Positions 26,091 through 37,125 of a DNA stretch of 64,000 nucleotides are shown in pieces. The stretch is from Macrostomum lignano. Lineage: Eukaryota. A program made the translations under genes and the position numbers. Below the pieces are notes generated by a model. That model had not been told where the DNA came from. It did not search any database and saw only the letters and a program-made list of their open reading frames with translations. The stretch is from assembly GCA_002269645.1 (NCBI GenBank), contig NIVC01000166.1:567490-631489 (forward strand), written 5' to 3'. The first letter of the stretch is position 1. Every line of letters starts with the position of its first letter.

Positions 26091-29000
26091 TTTGAGAAGA
26101 TTAGGATAATGGCTGGATCATGGGATTCAACTGATAGATTTCAGGGAATCAGGGAAAAAACTCACTTTTCCAATGTAAGTCATATAATTAAAAATTTTAA
26201 TAGATATTTTATAAATTTTTATTGCAATTTTCCCTAATTTTTGTTATGGAGAAGTTTTTACAAAGAATAAATAGATACATATATGGTTATAAAAACATAT
26301 ATTCCCCATTTTTATTTCTTTTATCTAGGCTTCTTAATGACTTAGAAGACTATTATGTAGTGAGCCATTAGTTTAATGTTAGGCATTGCACTACTTTTAG
26401 CAATTTCCCTTGCCTTTGCCTTAGGTTACTATCTGCTGCTAAGCAGCCTCCCTCCTTTTGCCTGCTTATTCTCTTTTTCCCTCTCTTTTTCTACATTCTT
26501 GTTTATAGCCACAGGCATCTCTGCTATGGTCTGCTCTTTGTTTCACTCTAGTTTTAAGGTCATGGTTGGTGGCCTGTTTTCTCTTGTTATATAAGCAAGT
26601 CATATGACAAGCCATGTTTTCATGGAGTCCAAAAGTGTAATAAACATGTCTACTGCACTCACTGGCCTATGTTTATAGAGAAATCACCTGTCCCAGGACC
26701 CCAGCCTTCTCTAAGGCAGGAGGCAATATCAGTTCTAAAAATAGATATTATGTCATATGGTCTGATGAATACTGTCCAAGGACCTTTGTCTTCTATAAAG
26801 CTCAAGTTGACAGTCATGCAGTCTTGTGCACAATGGCGCAATGGGGATTCTTAGCCTATATAAGTATGGACCCCTCTCACCCTTGTTTCTATCAAAGGTT
26901 TTTGTTTTCGTTTTAGGTCTAATTCCTTGACTTCATTTCTTTTGCTATCCTGTTTTGGATTTTCTCAACATTTGTTTAAAGCCATCTATAATTGGCCTGA
27001 CTGAACTTAGATGCCCAAGCCTAAAGGAGGCTAATACTGCCTTCCCAACCACCTACTAAGCCTGGTGGGATCTGTTGACCAGATGCCTTGTTTGTTAATC
27101 TGCAAATCTGCATGTAGTGCCAGTTTATTAACTTGTTTATTTCATCCCAACAGAAGCTCATCCCACTGAAGGCTAAGACCTAGCAGACTATTGGCAGCAA
27201 CTAACTTTGCTACTAGAAGGCTTCCAATCAGATAGAACAGAGAGCCATTTATACTGTGCTAGTGCAGCCAAATAGCACAAGTACAATGTTGTTAGTATAC
27301 GCGTTTTCTCTGGGGCCTTTGAATTTGTGTTCTCACTTTCCTAAGATAGATGTCTAGCGGTCTAAGGTTCTTACAGCTCTAATCTCTCCAATCAGGCCAT
27401 CAGAGAAAACCGTATAAACTGATGGGATCTCCTAGTATCTAAGCTGAGTTTGACTCTTTCTCGGATATGCTCTGCATAACAATTAAGACAAATAACTGTA
27501 TTGAAGACTTAGATTTGTGCCAACTGGATAATCTAGAAACTAATTCAAAGGGAGCAATTTGAGATCAAAAACTGCGCAAGAAAAATGAAGCGCCGCTCCA
27601 GTTTGAGATGAGTGTCTATTTATGTCAATTAGCATTTTTGGCCTCCCCTGCCGCCAGTGGGGTGTCTTTGCAATTAGCAATGGCAGGGGATTTTGAGCAA
27701 TAACAATCTGGGACACAGTCCCCTAGTTGTACATTAATTTAGTTAGTTCTAGTAGGTTGCTAAGTGTGAGGGTTAGAGATTATTCGGGCTTTCACAAATC
27801 TATGTGTTGAGTTGGATAAAATTTGGGATAGAAAGATTATAGAAAAAGTACTTAGTTTTCCATCTCTTGACTTTGTCCATAGATGATTAAACAGTCTTCT
27901 TTCTCTCTTGGTTGCCAAGCTGTTTGGGGTTGATCTCGCCTTCTTGTGCAGCTTCGGGTTGAATAGGAGTCTGTAGGTGGGCCTCACATTTTCTCTCTCA
28001 GGGTGCACCAGAGCCTGCCGCATGCCGCGTTGTTCTCTAAGTCAGGCCATTGCTCAGTTTGCTTCTCCCAGCCGGTTTGAGCACCATTGTGCCTGCGGCA
28101 GGGTGTTGCTGCTAACTGGAATGGAAAGGGGCTTTATTAGATTCAGCTATTCAAATTGACTTGACAGTTGATTAATTATCTTAAAGCTGCTTCTGTTTGC
28201 CCTTCTAATAGCTATCTAGGGGTTCCATTGTGCTCTTCTGCCTTGCCCTTCACTGCACCTAGGCATTTCATAAATTTCTACCTATCTTCTAACTTAGGGT
28301 CAAAACTTCAGATTTCTAACTCTTATAGTTAGGATTCTAAAGACCTACCAAACTATACCAAGACAACTGTCAGTAGAAATCAGATAGAGTTGCTTGCTTT
28401 GCAAATAATATGAATAAAAAACCAACAATCAACATTAGTAAGTCAAATGCATTTTGAACTATATGGTGCATCTTAAGATTTATTTTGTTAGAACAAAAAA
28501 CCAAGGCTAATGATAAAAATATTTGATGAGTAATTATTCTATATAGTAAATTTGTCTGAAGATCAATAGGCAGGTCAGGGATAGAAATTTTGGCAGAGCA
28601 GTGCAGTCCATAGTTGGTGTTCTCTCTCAAAACCTAAAAAACACAAAAATCACTAAAGTATTTTGTCAGTACTTTAGTGGTAGCAGTGGTGGGATACTGA
28701 AGACTTACTAAACTATCCCAAGGCAACCAAAAGTACTTCAAGTAGAGCCATTGATTTGATAGGTCAGGGTGGAGCAATAGAACATTTTAGAATTGGATAA
28801 ATATTGCTAGTTGCAAAGCTTTTGTGAGGTAGGCTTATTAAGTCCTTGGCTATTAAGGATTTTAGTAACTTTTAGCAACAAATAAAAATACATACATTAT
28901 AAGTGTCCAAGGGGCTATTCTTCTGTCCTTTAAAATAGTCTCACAGCTATCACAAAGTTGTTACAGGGTAAAATCTTCTATTTTCTTAGAATTAGTATGT

Positions 29001-29882
29001 GAACTATTCTTAATATATATCTAAGTAATTGTCTAAGTATATATCTGAGCATTAGTCTGAGTATTGCTCTTAGTACAACGACAAGTCTGGGTATAGTTCT
29101 AAGTATTTCCTATTTCTTATTGGTAGTATTATCATTCTGTTAGTAGCATTCTTACTAGTTCTGGAAGCATTATATGTAAAGCTGGCCTGAGTGGCATATT
29201 ACTGTTATTACTACTGGTATATGTTCTGCATGTATTACTTCTAGTCCTGGGCATTCCTAAGATTAGAGGGTCATGGCCTCTGTATTCTATATATACTGTA
29301 TTATTGATCTACATCATTTCCTTCTCTTTATATGTTCTACTTATCAGTAGTATATACAGCACACAATTTCCTTCTACTTCACTCTGTCATGAGATGGATC
29401 AAATTGGAAAACACTTCTTTAGATATTTCCTAACTCACTGAACACTTCTTCAATTGCAATGCTAATTCGAAGTCAAGCCAAACTTAAAATGGTTGGGCTC
29501 TCTTGCCAAAAATGCATCTATTTAAACTAATTTTTTTACTTTATTAAAACAATAATTAGATTGTGAAAATTTTGGGAAATATGCACAGTATAACAAATCG
29601 CTTTCTTAGCAATCACATGGATTCAAAAATAATATACATTTAATAGAAAAGAAAAATGGGAGCTCTATACATAAGCTAAAAATAAACTTTTTAAACTATA
29701 TTATGAATTTATGAACTTTTCTATAGTTTTTTTGCTAGTTTACTAAACTTGTACCAAATAATTATATCTTATACAACTATTGTGTATTTATAATAAATAT
29801 TTTTTAAGTTCTTATAATTAATACTTATAAGTTTAACAAATCCGTGTGCTATCTTTCATGTGTAAATTTATTGTCTAAAGAT

Positions 29883-30103
29883 ATGTCACTATCTGATGCA
29901 ATAAAAAACAGCTGCTTGGACTCCATGGTCAGGCTAATTGGTCCTTACACTCTAGTAACAGAGTTGAGCAATGATGGTCATTGGCATATCTATTTGTCAA
30001 ACGGTGACAGTGTTCTGTATGCTGATCTTGGCAATAATGAGATTGACGATCTACAGACACGACTGGGTCTAACCAATCGACAAGGTGTTGTCAATCTAAT
30101 TGG
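29883..30103 (+). CDS. PAXX: PAXX-like protein, exon 1 (head domain)
   Basis: MSLSDAIKNSC...GHWHIYLSNGDSVLYADLGNNEIDDLQTRLGLTNRQGVVNLIG aligns by eye with human PAXX FNLYVTDAAELWSTCFTPDSLAALKARFGL. Donor GG|gtatga, phase 2. Confidence 0.6.
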
Positions 30104-30219
30104 GTATGAAAATGCTTGGCACTATAATTTCATTTTATATAATTACTTTGCTTAGGGCTTAAAGACTACTAAAGTGTACAGACCAATTTCAAACTTATGA
30201 TTGAGACACTGATCTTAAA

Positions 30220-30820
30220 GATTTAGACCCTGATGATCCTAGAAATTAAAACACTGGTCAAGAAGATTGAGACCCTGATCTCGAAGATTGTGACCCTGAT
30301 CTCGAAGATTGCGACCCTGATCTCGAAGATTGCGAACCTGATCCTAGATTGAGACCCTGATCTCGAAGATTGCGAACCTGATCCTAGATTGAGACCCTGA
30401 TCTCGAAGATTGAGACCCTGAATCCGAGAAATCAAAACCATGATTCCAAAGATTGAGACTGACCTCGAAGATTGAGACCCTGATCTTAAAGATTGAGACT
30501 GACCTCGAAGATTGAGACCCTGATCTTGAAGATTGAGACTGACCTCGAAGATTGAGACCCTGATCTTGAAGATTGAGCCTGACCTCGAAGATTGAGACCC
30601 TGATCTTGAAGATTGAGACTGACCTCGAAGATTGAGACCCTGATCTCGAAGATTGCGACCCTGATCTCGAAGATTGCGACCCTGATCTCGAAGATTGCGA
30701 CCCTGATCTCGAAGATTGCGACCCTGATCCCAAAGATTGAGACCCTGATCCCAAAGATTGAGACCCTGATCCGAGAAACTAAAACCCTGATTTTAAAGAT
30801 TGAGACACCAATACTAAAGA
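30220..30820. repeat. 21-bp minisatellite GATCTCGAAGATTGAGACCCT in the PAXX-like intron
   Basis: Visible array; source of the IETLISK/SGSQSSR ORFs. Confidence 0.9.
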
Positions 30821-30914
30821 TAAGAACCAGGTCTGCAGTAGCCCTGGTCCCGAAGATCTACTTTAATAGTGTATCGAAATCTGAGAAATCTACATTATTC
30901 GACATTCAACACAG

Positions 30915-31410
30915 GGCCTGTCTCCGCGAACTTCAACAACCGCCTACCACGCCGGGCGCCCCGCTGACTCTGCAGCTGCCGGTCGCTGGCGTTCAAATCA
31001 GCCTCAACCCCCCAGCCGACCAAGCCGCTTATCGTCGCCGCTTGTTCTGCCTGCTGTCCAGTCGCACCCATGACCTCTCAGCCAGGCTGGATGCCAGCAG
31101 GCGAGATTTGGAGGCCGCCCGATCTGGCGGCGGCGCCTCTACGGCTGTCAGCTTAGCTAAACAGCTCGGCGCCGCCGCTGCTGGTGGTGCCGGTGGCGCT
31201 GGTGGTAGGCGCGCCGTTCGAACCGCCCTGCCTGGGATGAGTCTGCTCAATCCGATGCAGCGGAAGCGTCCAGCCGCCAGAGGAGTGGTGCTCAACCACG
31301 TTGATGACGAAGACGAAGACGACGACGACGAAGAAGAAGCAAAAGAAAAGAAGAAAGGAGACGATAAGAAGGATAATGCAGCGTCAAAAGGGAAACAGCG
31401 CAGGAGTTGA
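30915..31410 (+). CDS. PAXX: PAXX-like protein, exon 2 (coiled coil, Ku-binding motif, acidic/basic tail)
   Basis: caacacag|G GCC TGT, phase matches exon 1. LPGMSLLNPMQRKRPAARGVVL resembles human PAXX PGESLINPGFKSKKPAGGVDF. Spliced product is 238 aa. Confidence 0.65.
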
Positions 31411-33917
31411 TTTTATCGTTCAGTTCTTAAAAATAAACTTGCTAAATTCATCAGCAGGCGTCTGATCTATGCAGTCCGCGATTAGTGTTTTTATAAATTA
31501 ATTTCCCAGCTCTGTCTACTACAGTAGCTACTTCATAATTCATTGGAAGTAGTATAGTTTGTTTTATTTTTTTAGTTTTATCCAGAATCAATTCGCATGC
31601 TATACGTGTTTTTATGTAACTCATCAATGTTGTCAACGTTTTAGTATGCTTATAAAATTCAGTGAATGCTCTGCTGCTATTGAAAATTCACAATCAAGCA
31701 GATGGTCTAAAGCAACTATTTATTTTTTTTAAAACTTTCTTACTCCTATAATTGTACTTAATTATATTTAAAAGTAATTCGATTCAGTGAATGCATTTCT
31801 ATAAGTACATTGCACTTAATGCATATGAACTTTTGCGCTGCTTGTTTTTAAGTACAATATATTCAGAATGACGGATGCTAGTGTTTTGATGTTTATGCAT
31901 CGTCGCATCGTTAAAATTTCTGATGGAAAGGCTATAAATTTTTTGCTTCTCTTTTCTGCGTTCTGATTACTAAATTGCTCTCGTATGTAAATTCTCTTAT
32001 TTCAGTCGGTTGTTTGTTACTACTTGCAAATATTCATACATGTGGGATATGTAATCATCAGCGAAAATCGCTAATTCGCGAGAGCTTTCAAAACCTAATG
32101 ACTAAAATGGTACATAAAATTTCAACTACTTTTAAATTAAAAGAGAATAGAACATTAAGAGTCACATGTTGGGTACAAAAAACTACGCTTCTTGAGTTTG
32201 ACAGCCGGTTTTCGTCAAATATCTGGCTTTTACCAACAATACAATCTTCGTCGAAATGAACGTCGAGCCAAGCGATCTATAGTTAGGATAGTGTCGAGTA
32301 ATAAAGATGTGAATGTCAGATCTTCGAACAGCAAGTTCGAAGCTCTGTTTCGTATGTGCAATTTTGTGATTTATGAAGGTTACCTCAAAGAGCGAAATTT
32401 AGACAGCAAAACCAAGTCTCAGAACGTTGGTAGTTCATCTCAGCTCTGGAAATATTTCTATGATTTGTAAGCAAGTTGTTCTTGATTGTTGTTCGATTTT
32501 CGGATGTATTTCTTACATCCCCATTTCAAGTATGACAACGATAGCGTCACGTTGGCTCTACTAGGCCTACTATTTAATTTAATTTGATTTAATTCTTTGC
32601 TTAATGATCATGCAACGTCGAATAGGCGACGTGACGGATGTGTTATTGTTGCAGCATTTGCATTCCTTCATATTATCGCTCGGTGCAGTCCAGTTAATAA
32701 GTTCTTAGCCTCTTAGTCTTAGGCATAGACAATGCTCTAAGGCACATTTAAATAAAATAGTACTATATTTATTCAAGGGACGGCCGCATGGGCAGGAAAG
32801 GTCTTTTAATTAAAGTGACAAAATAATTAAAATTTTGGGTGTAAGTAGAGTCTAAGCAGATGCTTTTACAGAAATACAAACGATCACAGGAAAAAAAATT
32901 TGTACCCAGTTTGTCTGAAAGCTAGGCCTAGGCCTAACTTCATTTTCTTTTCATACTAGAGAGAGACTCTAGATCAAGATTAGAAGTTCAAGAAAATGAA
33001 AGAACAAGGAACTAAAGTAAAAATAAAAATAATGTTAGGCCCCTAATAAATATATTAACTAGGGTCTAGGGCCTATATTTATTGAATAATATAACCAATT
33101 AATTTAAAAATATGATGACCTAAGAATAAGGCTAGGCCCTTTCAAGGCTTCAACTTCAACAAGTATAGTAGGCCTAGGTATAGGCCTAAGCCTAAGGGCA
33201 TAAAGCTTAGGCTAGGCCTAAACTTCAAGTCAAATTAAAAACTAAAATCACATAATTTAATTTATTTTAATTTTTGGGCTTGCTTTTATAGACTTCAATG
33301 TCTGGTTGACATGGTTATTAATGATGTTGACATTGTCTAAATGACAAAGATAATTAGGGCATATGAATAGGCCTATCATATCATCTTTATTAGTTTATAG
33401 AGGCCTATCCTAGGCCTAGGGCTAGACCTAATTAAAATTAAATTTCTTTTTGTATACATAGGGTCATTGGATCCTAGTCAAATTATCAACTGGCATTTTG
33501 TCAACTAAGAAGCCATTTCCCTTAGGCCTTAGCCCTTAGGTCACTTTGTCAACCTGCAAATCAATAGACCTCTAAACATTGTAATTTTGTCAATTTCTAA
33601 TTGTGACACTTAAAAATGGTAGTCACTATCACTTTCTCAATTAGGCCTATGGTTATATATATATATAATCATATAACAATACTACTTATAGATGTCTACA
33701 AATATTGCATTGCATGTCATATATGCAATGCAATATTTTGTATAATATAATAATAGGCAATTTTTTTTCTGTTCGTTAAATTATTTTTTCAATGGAAATG
33801 TTTTGGGAACATTGTGAAACACTCAAAAATGATGTAACTGAATAGAACAGAACAGAACAAGTGTAGTGTTGATTAGTGTTCACTCAGCACTCAGCACTCT
33901 GGTCTCTGCAGTGGTAT

Positions 33918-34885
33918 TTACACGACGTAGTAATGAGCAATCCAGTAGAGCATGTTGCCAAAGGTGTTGGTGGGATGCATTTTGTGCCACATGAATTCTT
34001 CCAGGTAGGACTCAAACAGAGAGCCTTACTAGTACTATGCATGGCACAAAATTTGGCCTTGCAGTGTGCCTACGTCCCCTCAATGAGGTTTGTGTGCACC
34101 ATTAGGTCCTGAGGATTAACAAACGCCAGCTGGTGGTTCACGACTTGGTGGTTCACACCTGCAGCCTGAAGCTGGGCATAAGCTTGCAATCCGTCCGTTA
34201 TGACACGAGTTCTAGGAAAGACGTGGCGTTGGATGAGCGGCAAGAGGATGGCAGCATTGCGTTGCGCAACTGGCACGAGTACACACTTCCTGGCCCCACG
34301 CTCTATCATGCCGAGCACCCACTAACCGTCACAGTGAGCTCTTTGGTGGAACTTGCAGTAGAAAAAGTATGATTCGTCTATTTCCACTTCGCAGCCAGGG
34401 CCACCAAGCTCAATGGGATGGTCCATGATTAATTGGGCACAGATATCACAAATGAAGTTTTGCCAATCAACAATTGCGTTGTGGCCAATGTTGCTCTGGC
34501 ATTGGCATTCACCTTGCTTCGCATCGGTTGCCCACCACCAGATTAGGTCCAGCAGCTGCGTCAGTGTCAGGTGGCTGCCCTCAAAAAATGATCCCTTCCT
34601 CATTGACACTTGAGCATGACACCCAACACACACCCACACAAGCCCATCAATGTAGCAGTCACCTGTATGCCATTGCAGCCACATTGCTAGTGCTCCAGGA
34701 CAGGCTACACAAAAATGTCTGTTGGCCAGCAGGTGGTATAATACCATCCAGTTGACAACATCTCGGGGTGTGGCCATGATGGCCCCTAGCTCTTGCATGG
34801 TAAAATTGATGTTTGTCAACTCCATTGCTAGTTGCACTTGAGCAGGGGGCACAATAAACGTTGGTGCAACAGGGCATCCAGCCAT
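33918..34885 (-). pseudogene. Merlin/ISXO2-family DDE transposase pseudogene
   Basis: Zn-ribbon region, GGPGCEVEIDES, WVLGMIERG, ITDGLQAY, VNH...HTNLIEGT, FESYLEEFMW. TAG stops at 34322 and 34070, frameshift near 34020. Confidence 0.9.
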
Positions 34886-34953
34886 GTTGTTCAAGATATG
34901 ATGATCAGGCTGAAAAGTTACATCATTTTTGAGTGTTTCACAATGTTCCCAAT

Positions 34954-35249
34954 CATACATGTGCAACAGTCGGCCGAGTCGGCCGATCCGGCCGACCGAT
35001 TTGGCGGCCAATCAAGGAAGTCGCAAAAATGCCCACCCAAAAATAACCAGAGTAGTAGTACTAAGTAGCTGACGAGGCATTTTAGCTTAATAAAACAGTC
35101 ATAGTTACTCCTGCCGTTTACCCAAAGTTGCGTTAATTTTGCTTTCGGGTTTTTTATATGTAAGTCGCATTTTTGGCCAAAAACTACATCGCATTTTTGT
35201 TAAAACTAAGTCGCACGGCTGACCGAATTTTGGAGGTTGCACATGTATG
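34954..35249. mobile_element. 296-bp MITE (CAT...ATG ends, 8-bp TSD; P- or hAT-type) inserted in the Merlin TIR
   Basis: Perfect 14-bp TIR CATACATGTGCAAC/GTTGCACATGTATG. TSD TTCCCAAT at 34946-34953 and 35250-35257. Confidence 0.88.
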
Positions 35250-35884
35250 TTCCCAATATGTTTCCATTGAAAAAATAATTTAACAAACGGAAAAGGAAAA
35301 TTGCCTAACAATACATGTTAAGGCTATAGGCCTATCTATGCCAAGAAAGAATTTTTCTATTAAACTCTTACATTAATGAAGCAAGAAAAGTAGGTTAATT
35401 AATTTTGAAGTGCAATAGGCCCTATATTGCATTGATAAGCCTATATTCTTTCTAAAATATATAGTGATACATGTTTGAATTTTCTAAATTTGGCCTATTC
35501 AAATTCAAATTCAAATTCAAAATTCATTATTGAATTATAAAAAAGTAAAAAGGTTGTTTAAAAAGAAAGATTATTAATGATAAACAATTATTTAATTAAT
35601 CAGTAAATATTAATTTTTTAAAATCATAAATAAAATATTTCATATAAAGCTCAATTCTCTATAAACATTTGGCACTAAGGTAACTAAATTAAAAATAAGG
35701 ACACTGTCAATTGCGAATACTGTTACCCCTACCAAATAGTCACTTTGTCAACCATCTGATAAAATGCCAGTTGATAAAGTGACTAGCACCCAGGCCATCA
35801 TAGGCTTAGTCTTAGACTTAAACTATACCTAAGCCCTATATTATAGCATAATTGCATGTATTGTATACTAGTTCCCCTTATATA

Positions 35885-36602
35885 CAGGGTGGTCCAGAAA
35901 GGTCTCCCGGGTTACAAACAGAGTTTTCTCTGCATTGGATTGATGGGTTGGGCTGAAACTTGACCTGCTGAAACTTTATTCTAAATATATTTATTTGTCT
36001 AAAAATCTTAGCAATTGCTAAAAAAATCATGAAGTTATAGCAGTTTTTCTAAAAAACACAATTTTCACTTATTGATGTGCACATTTTATTCCAGCATTAT
36101 AACTTACACGCCAGTTGAAAGATTTAAAATAGCATCCTAGCTGGATGAATTGAAGAGTCCGCTATTGGTCTAGCGGCAATGGTGTTGTGAGTGTCTGGGG
36201 ATGGGTGAAAGACAACGTCTACTGACAACCAGTGGACAGCCTAGATGAGCTTAACGCAGTTAATGCAGAATATACCAGTCGACTTTGTTGTCAACAGCCT
36301 TATAATAGCTTTAAGAAGCGCCTGCAGACTTGTATTGACAACAAAGGTCATCATGTAGAGCATTGACTAACAGCTGCATATCAGATTGTGCTAAAACCCA
36401 ACTGATTTAACAAAAAATTTAGAATTTAGAAATTTAGAAAAACTGCTATAACTTCACGATTTTTTAGCAATTGCTAAGATTTTTAGACAAAAAAATTATA
36501 TTTAGAATAAAGTTTAAGCAGGTCAAGTTTCAAGCCCAAACCATCAATCTAGTGTAGAGAAAACTCTGTTTGTAATCCAGGAGACCTTTCTGGACCACCC
36601 TG
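35885..36602 (+). mobile_element. Tc1/mariner deletion derivative with ~170-bp TIRs
   Basis: TA|CAGGGTGGTCCAGAAAGG...CCTTTCTGGACCACCCTG|TA. Internal remnant VWGWVKDNVY*QPVDSLDEL...SFKKRLQTCIDNKGHHVEH. Confidence 0.9.
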
Positions 36603-36609
36603 TATATAT

Positions 36610-37125
36610 AAGAGGTGTATTCAAAAAGTTCTTTTCGGTGCCCTACAAAACTGAACACAAAACAACTGGAACTATGAAAACACTGTTAGATTGCTTAACA
36701 TGATTCTGTCACTCAACATATTCACTGCCAATGTCTTTGCACTTCTGCCAGCGATTTACTAGGCCTCTGATTTTGGAACTCACACCACTTGCGTCCGTTT
36801 GGCGAATAGCTTGATTGCAAGTAGCTTCGATGTGCTCGATGCTGTTGAATTGAATGTCCCGAAGGTGCCTCTTCACAGATAGAAATAAGAAGAAGTCGCA
36901 CAGCAACAAATCAGGCAAATAGGGTGGATGTTGGAGCACTCCCCAGCCCCATTTGCTCAGGAGTTCCACGAAGTTGTGCTTGCGATGTGCTGGCACATTG
37001 TTGTGCAGCAGGATCACGCCAGATTCCAGCAGATCAGGGCGCTTCTTTCATATTGCTGGGTGCAACTTCTGCTGCAGAATCCACTTGTAGTAGTTCCCAT
37101 TGACGGTGGTTCCTTGTGGGACTGT
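36610..37125 (-). mobile_element. mariner (DD34D-type) 3' remnant with one TIR
   Basis: VPQGTTVNGNYY...KKRPDLLESGVILLHNN...HPPYLPDLLLCDFFLF...RWQKC...GSEYVE*. TIR-like gaggtgtattcaaaaagt at ~36611. Confidence 0.88.

Larger units (their letters stand above)
33756..35305 (-). mobile_element. Full-length decayed Merlin (IS1595/ISXO2-like) DNA transposon
   Basis: Ends GGCAA...TTGCC. TIRs of ~85 bp (33756-33840; the right TIR is split by a MITE). 8-bp TSD TAATAATA/TAACAATA (7/8). Contains a transposase pseudogene. Confidence 0.85.

Noticed and set aside
27760-29400. Possible decayed Helitron helicase or NLR-type coding remnant
   Set aside because: Hand translation of the frames I tried gave no diagnostic motif; too decayed to call.
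30155-30914. Extra PAXX-like exon or the IETLISK repeat as coding sequence (ORF 30613-31410)
   Set aside because: The candidate exon at 30155 hits a stop in the needed phase. Direct splicing 30103 to 30915 fits PAXX spacing better, and the repeat is a satellite.
31975-32470. Two short plus-strand ORFs in a CpG-retaining segment
   Set aside because: No recognisable motif or consistent splice structure.
33918-34885. Bacterial IS1595/ISXO2 insertion or contamination
   Set aside because: Flanked by eukaryotic repeats and decayed like them; Merlin is the established eukaryotic branch of this family.
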